Source: Hyphochytrium catenoides (taxonomy: Eukaryota; Protista; Hyphochytriomycota). From it: DNA of 64,000 bases. The first letter of the stretch is position 1; every line of letters starts with the position of its first letter. The notes under the pieces were generated by a model. It saw only the letters and a list, made by a program, of their open reading frames with translations, made no database searches and was not told the DNA's origin. Shown piece by piece: positions 1 through 10,805 of the stretch. The position numbers and the translations under genes are program-made. The stretch covers positions 1-64,000 of the forward strand of contig FLMG01003587.1 in assembly GCA_900088475.1 (NCBI GenBank), written 5' to 3'.

Positions 1-3
1 GAA

Positions 4-41
<38 letters not shown>

Positions 42-314
42 GAGAGAACTCGGGAAGAGAAGCTGCAGAGAGAAGGCAAGACAAGCTCAGGGCAAAGTTG
101 ATACAGACCTTCGAGGAGAGAACGACAAGATAACAGTGGCTTTAGAGAGAGAAAGAGAGCTGGGCATGTTAACGCAAACGTAACCTATAAAAAGAGAGAG
201 TACAAAGGCTGTGTCGATGACCGGGGAGACAGAAGAGAGAAGAGTGAGACAGAGAAAAAGAGAGAGGAGAGAGAGAAAGCGCAAAGAGAGGGAGAGAGAA
301 AATGGTTGGGGTAC

Positions 315-419
315 CTTCCATGCTTCTGCTGCTATCTGATGCGAGTATTTCATCAGCAGCTTGCCCAGCGTTCCCACCGCAGTCGCCAAAGTACTGAGAA
401 TAATGCCTACGAACCACAT
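315..419 (-). CDS. First exon of a NIPA/DMT-family (Mg2+ transporter-like) membrane protein; gene continues towards or beyond the left edge
   Basis: MWFVGIILSTLATAVGTLGKLLMKYSHQIAAEAWK is followed by an AAG|GTACCC donor at 314. The hydrophobic helix with the G-x-x-L-x-K-x-x-H pattern is typical of the first TM segment of NIPA-type proteins. Downstream exons were not resolved. Confidence 0.6.
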
Positions 420-841
420 CGTTCTCTCTCTCTCTCTCTCCGTCTCTCCCTCTATTTCCTGACGCCGCTCACCTCTGCAGCTCCGTAAAGCTCTTTGCTC
501 GCTAAAGGCGAGAGGATGTGAAACTCAAGAGAAGCTGCGAAGTGAAGAAAGACTCACGTCCCTGTGTCTCTCCTCTCTTTGTGTCTCTCTCTCTCTCTCT
601 CTCCTCTCACTCTCCTTTTTCGTTTTCTTAACTCTTCCTCTGTTACTGCATATAGGACGTCTGTTCAGAAGAGTTCTTTGGTTGTTGGAGAAGGAGAGGG
701 AGAGAGAAAGAGAGTAAAACGACAAAGGAGAATCTTTCTTGGGCTTGATGACAAACGCGCAAGGGGAAGGTAAGAACAGTGACAAGAGAGAGGGAAGAAG
801 AAGACAAGAGAAAACGGAGGAGAAAGAGAGCGAGATGAGAC

Positions 842-854
842 AGAGAGAGAGAGC

Positions 855-894
<40 letters not shown>

Positions 895-1416
895 GAGAGA
901 GAGAAATATAGAGCGAGAAAGAAGGAGGCAGAGAGAGAAGACAATTGCGTCGGGTACCGATGGCTGTTATTTATAGCTCTTATCTCTCCAGAAAGGAAAC
1001 GACATTGCGCGATGAGGTTCTTTCAGCTGGAACTTGCTGGTCTCTTTCCTTCACCTCGCGATTGAGCAAGGGAGGGCAGACAAGAGTGACGAGGATAGAA
1101 GTCCATGGGATGGAGAGAGAGAGTGTTTGGTTGTCAAGTCACTCTGTTTGGGCCACAGAGAGAGAGAGAGAGNNNNNNNNNNNNNNNNNNNNNNNNNNNN
1201 NNNNAGAGAGAGAGAGAGAGAGAGAAAGAGCTCAAAGGAACGGGTAAATAAGATCACAGGGAGGAGAGGACAGAACTAGCAGAGCAGTTGATGACCGACG
1301 TGACGAGAGAGAGGGAACAAACGAAGGACCCACGAGCGAGGGAGACAGTTGACATCGGAGAGGGGGGGAGAGCGAGAGCAAGCAAAGAAGAGGGGGGAAG
1401 GGAGAGACAGAAAGAC

Positions 1417-1502
<86 letters not shown>

Positions 1503-1802
1503 AGGATGGACTCAGACCCATCATGTGGTGTAAACGTAGGAGCTGTCTGAACAAGATCATGGGAGCGTAACCGCTGTCAGGTAGTCTGTCAGGTAGTAAT
1601 AATTGTAAGGGACAGTCTCAATAATCATACATTAAGGCCATGCTATAACAAGTAGTAATATATAATCGTGACCCAGCAGCCTTCCGTTTCCGTCGGTTAT
1701 CTGCTTCGGCGCCCTCTCTCGCTCTCTCTCTCTNNNNNNNNNNNNNNNNNNNNNNNNNNNNNNNNNNNNNNNNNNNNNNNNNNNNNNCTCTCTCTCTCTC
1801 TC
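842..1802. repeat. Dense (GA)n/(CT)n microsatellite blocks containing two N gaps (1173-1204, 1734-1787)
   Basis: Directly visible dinucleotide runs at ~842-905, 1158-1225, 1400-1500 and 1713-1802. Confidence 0.95.
968..976 (-). promoter_or_regulatory. Candidate TATA box for the NIPA-like gene
   Basis: CTATAAATA on the minus strand, followed ~30 nt later by a CT-rich leader running towards the ATG at 419. Confidence 0.3.
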
Positions 1803-2893
1803 GTACACACACACTCTCTTATTCTCTTTTTCTCTCTCTTCACGCTTCTCTTTGTCCATCTACTCTGTCTTTCTTCTCTCGTACCAGCACCTGGCTCTTC
1901 AGGTGCCATCACCTTGCTTTCTCGCGTCTGTCTCTCTCCTTAGCACGCTCTTCCTGGTCGTGATGCCTACTCCCTCCTTCTCTCTCTCTCTCCTCACTCA
2001 GTCATTCTCTCTGTCTAAGAAAGGGAAGGCCACTGTCTCAACCGTGCCAACCAGCTAAGGCGACGGGATCTCTTACAAAAGGAGCTACCTCTCACTTTCG
2101 AATCAGCAAAGAAGGAGAGAGAGAAAGAGGGAGAAAGAGAGACAAAGAGAGAGAAAGAGAAAGAAAGGAGGGAGAGAGAGGAGATTAGGAAAGGAAAGAA
2201 AGAGAGAGAGAGATCTTTTTAGCACATAAAGTTTTAGTGCTTGGTTCTTATGGTTCAACTCTGGTTCTCCTCTTACTTTGACCTTCGCCATGGAGAGAGA
2301 GAGAGACCACGCGACAGCGGAAAGGATATAAGGTTAAGAAGATCTTGTTCCCTTTTTCCGCGATCTTGCGCCCGCCTCTGTGAGAAATAAATAGCAGCAT
2401 CTATGATAAGGCAACGGCACGGGAGAGACTAGGGTTCACTCTCTGGTGGGTGAGGGAGGGAGAGAGACGACGGACCGTTGGCGGGTGATTACATTCTTTC
2501 TTGACTTGTCTCCTGAACAGCCAACAGTTAGCGAACATCCCTCTTTGTGGCAGTCTTTATTTCTTCTTTCCCTCTCTTGGACCCCTCGGATATTCGCTTT
2601 ATTCTGCTTCCCGCTTGCGTCTCCCTCCTCGCAGGCAGCTCTCTCTCTCTCTCTCTCTCTCTCTTCTACACACTCTGTCCCTTCTACATTTTCTCTCTCC
2701 CTCTCTTTCACTCGCCACACCAATGTCTGTGTCTCGGCCTCATAACCTTTGACTCTTCAATGACTATCGCGAAGTTCTCTCTCATCCTCTCTTTTCCTCC
2801 TTTCTCGCTCATCTGCACCCCTTATGCCTTCTTCTCTCGAAGGCCTACTTCCCCTTTCTGTCTCTTCTTTGGCTTGCATCCTCTCTCTCTCTG

Positions 2894-5800
2894 TCACAGT
2901 CTCACCCTCGTCAAGCTCTGCGCCTTAGCGATGGCCTTCTTCATCTCTCTGTGTGCGCCTTCGAAGCTCAGCACGGCGACGGCACTCACTCTCACAGACT
3001 TGCCGAGAGCCTTCCCAAGGCGCCTGNNNNNNNNNNNNNNNNNNNNNNNNNNNNNNNNNNNATTCGTCAATATTCGAAGCCACCACCAGGCATTTTACTC
3101 TGTCTCTCCCTCCGTCAAGCGCTCGTCTCACTTCTCGCAAACCAAAGAGAAGACGCCGATGCTTCTTTGCCTTCAACGGCTCTCCCAGCCTCACTCTCTC
3201 TTGGAACTTCATCAGGTTCTGAAGACAAGAGAAGAGAAGCTTGTTAAGCTCTTCATCTTCGTCCTGGTTCACATATTCCCGGACAGCAGAGGAGTTCTGG
3301 GGCTTGGGAAAGGACGCAGGGAGAGAGGAGAAAGAAAGAGGAACCGCATGCACCGCCGCAGCCCGCTCTCCTTGTGGTTCTTCTTCTAAGGGGACGATAG
3401 GGCTGAGGGCTTGATGTTTGTCATTGTTCTGATTCTGTGGAAGAGCTGTCTTGGGCAAACCGGATGGGAAGGGAGAGAGAGAAGCATGGTCTGAGTTTTT
3501 CTTTTGTTCTCCGTCATCTAGGATGACTTGGACGCCTAGCGGTCTGCCACCGTAGACTTTGTTCCTGAGAAGGTGAGCGACCCTTGCGGCTCGCTCTATT
3601 CCCGTCAGTCTCAGTTGGACTGCGGGTCCTTTTGAAGCAGACGAGGCTGTGAGAAAGAGAGAGGGCTTCTCCTCTACATTACACCCGCTAAGAAAGTCAG
3701 AGACATCTTGAAGATGCTCTTCAACTTCTTCTTCGTCTTCTATCTCCTCTTCCGTTAGAAGAGAATGTACAAGAAGAGAGTATGCTCTCTCCTCTCGCTC
3801 AACCAGCTGGAGAGAGAGTGTGGAGCCTCCGTACTTGACATCTGCAAGGCTGCAAAAGGCCTCTATCGCCTCTTCCCCGTCTTGAAACGTCACTTGAACT
3901 CTTGGTTCTGCCTCCTCCTCCAATGCATCGCTTACATCTCTTGCGGCAGAGACGTGTTCCCTTTTGGCTCTTGCCTCTTCCTGTTTCTTCTGCCCTGGCA
4001 ACAGGGTCATCTCTCTAACCTTCATATAGCCGCTCAGAAACTCTCTGACGTCTCTCAAATGCTCTTTTAACTCCGACTCATCCTCCAGATCCGAGGAGGT
4101 TAGAAGGTTAGAGATCAGGAGGTGGTAGCGAAAGAAAGACGACGGAACTGCTGGAGAGAGAGACACAGAGAGCTTCTCTCCTTCGATGAGAGCCCTAGAG
4201 AGGAGATGGAGCCCATCATCTATGGCGTCACTTCCTACATTCAAGGCTAGTACTCTTTCTCTCTTTGGCGCTCTCTGAGCAGGCAGAGAAGTTGCCCCGA
4301 AGTTCTTGACTGAGATGCCTCCGCGCTCAAGCGCTTTGCTCACTACTTCCACTTTCCTCTGCACTACTTCCACGGGCTGGAGGCCTTCCAGCACGTTCTC
4401 CACGATCAGAAAGTCTCGTTTTGACTCCTCCTCAAGAGAGCTAAGAGAGATATAAGGTAGATCCCAAGGGGAAGAACGGGTAGAAAGCTCTCCAGAAGCT
4501 TTTTCTCCTTTGGTTGAAGAGACCTTGGCCCTTACGATCCTTCCTCCGAATACCTTCCCATCCAGAGCTAACGCAGCCGATAAGGCCATACCGGGTTCAC
4601 TATAAGTGGCAAGAATGACCGGCCTAAGCTGCTCATCTTCTCTCCTTTCCTGAGCATCATAATTCTTTCGTTCCTTTCCCCAGGAGGGCGACCCTTCTCT
4701 CTCTCTATCACCATCACCTTCCCTGTCCCAGTCCCTCCAGTCTTCTCTGACTCCTCCCTGTTCTTCGTCTCTGACTTTGACTTCTTGATGCCGACCTATA
4801 TCAAAGGCACTGATCTCTCCATACTTCGCGAGAAGAGTCAGGACTTCTAGCTTTATCTCTTCTGCTTCATCTTCATCCTCCATCTCCTCCTCCTCTACAT
4901 AGTTATACAAGGCGAGAGTACTCTGGACCTTCTCCTCTCGCTCTCCTCTCCCCCATCTCTCTTGGCCCTCGGGAGGAGAGAGGGAAGGGGAAGGTAATCG
5001 GACATACACACGTCTCCCATGGAGAAGAGAGTCTCTTAACGTGCTTGTTATGTGGGCAGTTGCGTCCTCCGAGGGCGATTCAAGAGAGAGCAGAGGCACT
5101 CTCTCCTCTGCTTCTCTTCTAGGTTCATGGCTCTCTACTCGCTGCAACGGTAGAGGAGGGAGGGCTCTCTGTATCTCGGAAGCCAGAAAGGAGAGATACT
5201 GCTCCAGCTCTTCCTCATTGTCCATCTTCTCCTCCCTCTGCATCTCCACAGAAATCAGAAGAGAAGATTGAAGAAGTTGTCGCCCTTCTAGCCATCTTCT
5301 CTTCCTTTCTCCCAAGATAGCTGTCTTTAGCTTCGATGGCTTCTTTGGTTTTGTCACTGTCTTGGTCACTCCTCTCCTCTTCACAACCTCTCCGTTGACT
5401 AGGCGAGGAGCGGGAGGCAGTGTCTCTTCTTTCTCTCTCTTTCCGAGAGAGAGAGAAGGAGGAAGAGTCGTCTTAGCATTCTTCCCTGCTTTCGGGGTCT
5501 CTCTCTTCTTCTCTGGTTCTCCATTTTTAACTGATTGCCTCGTCTTGTCCACTCCAAGCGCTCTGTCTTTTTGCTGAATGATGTCGAGAAGAGAGAGAGA
5601 GGAAGATGCTTTCGCTTTTGGCTTCTCCTTGTTTCTTTTCCGATCTAAGGAAGGCTGCTGCTGCCTAACACTTCTGGGGTCCCATACTTTCTGACGGCAA
5701 TATAGGGAAAGGAAAGTGACGGAATTCGAAGGAAAAGAGAGAGAGAAAGAGAGAGAGAGAGAGCAGGAAAGTATAGAGGGAGAGTGAGGGTGAGGAAGCC

Positions 5801-6573
5801 AGTAAGCAACGAGAGAAAGAGGAGATGACAGAGAGAGACACAGAGAGACAGAGAGGGAGGAGGCCAAAGAGAGAGGGAAGGGCAGCAGAATAGCTGTTCA
5901 GAGTCCTGCGAGAACTTAGACCTTCGCTGCGGCGCTGACTCTCCTTCAACTTATTTGCTACCTCTCTCTCTCTCGCTCGCTCTTTGCCGCTCCCCGACCG
6001 CCCCCTTCTTCCCTTTCTCCTCTTCTCTCTCTCTCCTCTCCCCCAACCCTTCCCCCTACTTTTCTCTCTTATATGAGAGAGAGAGAGAGATCTCCTTCTC
6101 TAGTTCTCTCTCTCTCTATTGTCTCTCCCTCTTTCTCTCGTGCGTAGCACACAGACAGACCATCGCCCTCCTAAAGCCGACACCCAGCTCGCTCAGCCAT
6201 CCGACACTCTTTCTGCTTTCCCATTGCCACACCAGCTTGCTTCCACTTTACCGCGTCTTCCAAGCTTGCTGAGGCGCCTTGCCACTTCTCTTCTCTCTCC
6301 TCTCGTCTCCTGACCAAGCCTCGCTTCGCACGGACCTCCAGCCCAGCACCGTCGCGAGTGCGAGAGGAGGAGGGCAAGGGCGGATACTCCTAAGATAGCA
6401 AGGAAGAGTCAGTAAATGAAGGAGAGAGAGGGATAAGACGGAGGGGGAAGGAGAGTGACGAGAGTTCAAGGAGAAGAAGTGAGAGAGTGGGACAGGGGAC
6501 CAGAGAGAAACTTAGAACCAACGCAAAGGGAGAGAAGTGATGGAACCAGCGGATAAGAGAGAGCGGGAGAGAC

Positions 6574-6626
<53 letters not shown>

Positions 6627-6796
6627 GAGCGAGAGAATTGATCGAAAGAAAGATAAAAGACAAGAGGAGGGGAGAGTGGAATAGGCTTGACACAAGGCAT
6701 TGAAGACTGAGATATGACTAGGGAGGTTTATCGTGCCTCATCATCGATGAAGAGAAGCGGTGCCCGCTGTCTCCTGCTTTGCGACTCCCTTTCCAT
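2894..6796 (-). CDS. SECISBP2: SECIS-binding protein 2 (SBP2) with an inserted array of UHM/RRM-like domains; multi-exon
   Basis: K-rich SID motif KRRGVTKTVTKPKKPSKLKTAILGERKRR (~5295-5385). L7Ae module REYVNQ...LQNLMKFQERVRLGEPLKAKKHRRLLFGLREVRRAL...KCLVVASNIDE. After the N gap another frame gives RRLGKALGKSVRVSAVAVLSFEGAHREMKKAIAKAQSL, stop TGA 2894-2896 (a further 3' intron is possible). Predicted start 6796 (MERESQSRRQRAPLLFIDDE|EYPPL) is less certain, and exons between ~6250 and ~5690 are unresolved. Confidence 0.9.
3027..3061. other. Assembly gap inside the SBP2 L7Ae coding region (causes an artefactual frameshift)
   Basis: 35 N. The frame changes across the gap, and roughly 30 L7Ae residues expected between NIDE and RRLGKA are missing. 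Confidence 0.9.
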
Positions 6797-7087
6797 CCTG
6801 TGGCGCCCTCTTCGGACTTAGTCAGCCCTCAGGAGGAGCCAGCCCTGAAGCTTTTTCCCACACTTCACTCGCCGCTCTTCTTCGCTTTGAAGCACGCTTC
6901 ATAACTGGCCGATCGAGGGAGGACAAGAGAGAGAGAACTGAAGAGAACAGGGTAGAGAGGAGCTGAGAGAGGGTGAGGCAGAGAGACGATGAGATGTGGG
7001 AGTTTGAGGGGGAAGAAGAGAGCGAGCGAGGAAGCGAGAGAGAGAGAGAGAGAGAGCAAGCGAGAGAGAGAAAGAGAGAGAGCAAGC

Positions 7088-7131
<44 letters not shown>
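6570..7131. repeat. (GA)n tracts in the predicted SBP2 intron 1 (~6570-6622) and upstream of SBP2 (~7035-7131)
   Basis: Directly visible. Confidence 0.95.
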
Positions 7132-7132
<1 letters not shown>

Positions 7133-7360
7133 GGCACAAACAAGATTTCTCCTCCCATCAGAACCGCATTAGCCTGACCTAAGGTTGCCTCATGCCCCTA
7201 CATTTTGTATCTCTCTCAGCACTATCTTCAGGCCATAATACTCTAACATCAATAACTACCATAAAGCAGACAGAATCTGTCCTGATATTGACGCCATTTC
7301 TCTTGCTTTGTTCTGCTTCTGATGTCCCAATTTTGAGCATTTTACCCTCTGTCTTGCTAG

Positions 7361-7664
7361 AGAACCGAGCAAGCAGGAACCAGCCTCAGCAGCAGCACAA
7401 TCTTCTTTGGCGTGCGGACAAGGCAAGCAAGAGCAACCTGTTCCCGTCTCGAAGGTGGACAGATCAGAGCTTTGCGGAGGCCATTCCTTGCAAGAGCCCT
7501 TGGGACTACTCCTACCGCCACCGCCCGAAGGGCTGTCTCGGCTGCAAAAGGCTGCAGAAGACATAGCTAGGACTTCCACTCGGCGACAGCCGTTGGAGTT
7601 GCTCCAGGGAGCTATCTCAGCAAAGGTTGACCCGCTGCTGAATGTGATTGAGTCTTCAGTGTAA
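7361..7664 (+). CDS. Possible terminal exon of a hypothetical protein
   Basis: A pyrimidine-rich acceptor (tcttgctag) is followed by ~100 open codons with protein-like composition (EPSKQEPASAAAQ...LQKAAEDIARTSTRRQPLELLQGAISAKVDPLLNVIESSV*). No recognisable homology and upstream exons not found. Confidence 0.3.
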
Positions 7665-10187
7665 GGACTTGCGGCAGCATAGTGAGCTTCAGGGGATCTC
7701 ACTGCTGCCGTTGATGTGCTTCTTCTTGTTTGCACTAGCCTCTTCTACTTCTATCCATGACCCGCCGCCCGCTTACATCCTTCGCTTCGGATGCCAAGTT
7801 CATAGGCAAGCTCTTCTCACCTATAAGCAATAGCAGGCCAGGACATGCCTCGGTGAACGTTGTAGAGAAAGAGAAGAAGCGTAATGGCACCACTTGCTGG
7901 AGAGTGAGAGCGGTACAACTAGTTGGTCAACGATGCCGCGAAGAGAGGATCAGTCCACAGCCTTGACCCAGCTGGTCCTCAATTATGAGATACACTGAGC
8001 CGGCGCGGCCCCTATCTCAGCCCACCCGATATTCCCTTGTACTTAGTCCTATCCCGCGGAGCTATGTTCTCTCTTTCTTTTTAGCGATAAAAAAAAGTCG
8101 TGCAGTCGTCTCTCAGTACGGGGCCAGCAGGAGGCAGTTGATGAGTCGCTCGATCGGGCGGCGTGTGAAGGAAACAGAGAAAGAAAGGATAGCCATTGAT
8201 GGAGAGAGAAGAGGGGGCAGCAGCCAAGAGGAAAGAGTGATAATAAGAGGGAGAATCAATGAGAAGAAAGAAGGATGACAATAGGCGACACGGAACGGAG
8301 AGCGAGAAACAGAGAAGGAGGAAGAATTGAACTGCGCTCAGATCTTCCCTCTGTGGGACACGAGTTGCACCCTCATTGGCAGGACAGAGTTGCTCATTAT
8401 AAGCCATAAGCTCTATTGGACTGAGGAGATACCTCTGGCTTCCCCTAAGTCTATTGGAAAGTCAGCGTGTAATCATGGGCAGCACTTCTGCCCCGTTCGC
8501 TCTCCTCGCCTCAGATTGACCATCAACTGGAAGTAAGGGCAAGCGTCCAAGAGACCAAGATTCATTCAGTCCTCCAAAAGAATGCGGAGACAAAGTGATG
8601 AGAAGCATGACGACGTGGAGCTACCACTATGGCTACACTGCAGTCGATCTTGGCTCCACAGGGAGCTAATCCTGCCTCACTCCGCGGGCGTACTTCCCTG
8701 CCCATGAGCATAATGCCGCCCTGATAATCTTATCTTCCATAACAACCGCAGGCAATACTTTTGCAGGCAGCTGATCTACCTCAGATGCCATGAGGTGGCG
8801 GCCAATATGATGAACCGATAAAAGGAGCGCGTCGCGGCGGTTAAGGGTTAGCAGGCGATGGGAGGAAGATGATAAAGGCGATGGGCAAAAAGCTGACAAT
8901 CCTGAAGATGACAGTCTTGGGCAAAATAAGATGGTGTGCAGCAACTAAAACTTTCCTTGCCCTAGGCGCTTGAGCTCCTTCTCACGTCAGACAATCAATG
9001 GAACGACGTCAACTAACGGGAAGAAGAGCAAAAGGAGCTGCATCTCGAGCCATGAGCAATGATGATCTTCTTCTCCACGTTCCTTCTTCTCTGGAACCAA
9101 CAGAAAGAGACAAGCAGCACCTCGCGCTTGCGCAACTGATGACCGAGAGACCCCTGTGAATCACAAGGGATAAGAAGATCACCCAGCACCCAGCGTACAC
9201 GGAGGCAGACGAGTGAGGAGAGAGAAGAGACGAAGGAAGAGGACCTTGTGTGCTACATAGAAGGCAAGCTTGCTAGCTCTCTTCTTACCTCCTCGCTGTC
9301 GATGGTGTCCGATCAGATCTGTCTCTTCTACAATTGACTGTTTATTCCTTGAACCTCCTCCACCTCCTTCTTCCCTCACCTGTCTCTCGAGCTTCCTCTT
9401 CTGTTTCTGCGTCTCTCTCTCACTGCTGTCCGTCTGTCCCGCCTCTCTCTGTCTTTCTCTCTGTCTTCTCTCGTCTCTTCCCTGTTTGTTCCCTTCCGCT
9501 CTTTCCCTCTCATCACCNNNNNNNNNNNNNNNNNNGTTATCCCTGTCTTATTAATACTGCTTGTCAGTGGTCAGGGGGGCCATGGAGGGGACAGCCCACA
9601 AGCTTGGACACGATCCTTTTTTTCTCTCTCTCTCTCTTCCTATACAAATAGAACTACTCTGTCTCTTTCTCTCTCTCTCTCTGTCCTTCTCTCCCACATC
9701 TCCATAATCCGCAGCTGCTGCATGAGTGCCCTTCAGTCATCATCGCAAGGGACAGTCGCAAGAAAGACGATGGCACACAGGGGAACAAGAAACAGTGGCG
9801 ATGAGGAGAGAGAGAAAAGGCAGGAAGGACACTGATAAGCACGAGAAGTGCACCACGCACTCTCCAAAGAATAACTTGATGCACCCCAATGCCCAACGTG
9901 GGACCTACATAAAAGAGAGAGAGAGAGAGTGAAGCAGCAGAAGATCTGTGGCCAAAGCAACACTCTCTCCCCTTTCTTTTCCTACCTGCCTTCATGATCC
10001 TGCTCCTCCTCTTCCCGTTTCCTCATGCAGCGGCCTCATCTCACTTTACAATTTGCCGCATCTCTGGAAGAAGAGGAAGCCACCGCGATCCCTAGAACCT
10101 AGTCCCCATCATAGTAAACTAAGAGCTGTTAGATCTGCACCGTCCCATTCCATAGACAACAATTTGATCAGACAGAAGTAGACAAGG

Positions 10188-10805
10188 ATGAAGCTCCACA
10201 ACCTCGCTCTTCTACCTGCTCTGGCTATCGTGGCCTGCGTCTCTCTACAGCCAGCTTACTCTCAGACTACTACTCCCCTGCCGGAGCAGCCAAGTTCAAG
10301 CCCGTTCCCAGGGCCTGGTGTGCCTTCGCCAGATTTCCCCGGCGAGTTTCCCACTCCAGAGCCTACAACCGTCTTCCCCTTGCCTAGGCCTGGCCCTCCA
10401 TCCCCTTCATCACCTTTCCCAAGTCCTCCCGGATCGCCTCCACCTACGAGTGAGGAACCCACAGCCACGCCAGGGGTGCCCACAAGTGGCCTTCCCGTCA
10501 CCTCTTCCCCAGTAGGCACCTCACAGCCGGTCATAGTTCCCACCACTTCTCCTGGAAATGGTACTGGAAATGGGACTACGACGCCTACTTCAAGAAGTCC
10601 TCCTAGCACCAGGCCAACATCTGAGGGCCCTGGAGGTGATGACACGACTACGACTGAACCGCCAGCGGACGAGCCGGGCACAACTGAGAGCCCGTCATCA
10701 AAGTCCCCACAGTCATCTGCCCCGTCAAGAACGGTGGCAACGGGAACAGTAGTGGCTGTCAGCTTATCAGCCGTCTTCTCCTCTGTTGCCCACTACTTCT
10801 TCTAG
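10188..10805 (+). CDS. Intronless secreted Pro/Thr/Ser-rich (mucin/arabinogalactan-protein-like) protein, probably GPI-anchored
   Basis: Signal peptide MKLHNLALLPALAIVACVSLQPAYSQ, a P/T/S-rich body, two NGT sequons, and small omega-site residues (SSAPS) before the hydrophobic tail TVVAVSLSAVFSSVAHYFF. Start context gacaaggATG is identical to that of UGGT. AATAAA at 11015. Confidence 0.8.
   Translation: MKLHNLALLPALAIVACVSLQPAYSQTTTPLPEQPSSSPFPGPGVPSPDFPGEFPTPEPTTVFPLPRPGPPSPSSPFPSPPGSPPPTSEEPTATPGVPTSGLPVTSSPVGTSQPVIVPTTSPGNGTGNGTTTPTSRSPPSTRPTSEGPGGDDTTTTEPPADEPGTTESPSSKSPQSSAPSRTVATGTVVAVSLSAVFSSVAHYFF

Noticed and set aside
1574-1597. Short tandem duplications (CTGTCAGGTAGT x2; also TGTTTCTGAAGAAC x2 near 39990)
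   Set aside because: Simple slippage duplications with no spacers or element between them. Neither CRISPR nor a transposon target-site duplication.
2319-2360. GAAAGGATATAAGGTTAAG resembles the U6atac 5' region; on the minus strand it reads ATATCCTTT (AT-AC donor-like)
   Set aside because: It lacks the AAGGAGA box, the AGC triad and the ISL hairpin of U6atac. No exon context or matching TCCTTAAC...AC acceptor was found.
525-2752. Many ORFs rich in ER/RE or SL/LS dipeptides
   Set aside because: They are translations of GA/CT microsatellites, not credible proteins.
2720-2815. Possible SECIS in the SBP2 3' region (ATGA...GA cores on the minus strand)
   Set aside because: Helix II would be only ~5 bp, or the apical AAR is missing. 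Not a canonical SECIS by eye.
8596-9140. Three RTGATGA...CTGA pairs suggesting a C/D snoRNA cluster
   Set aside because: No terminal stems and no rRNA-complementary guide I could recognise. A snoscan/Infernal run would be needed.
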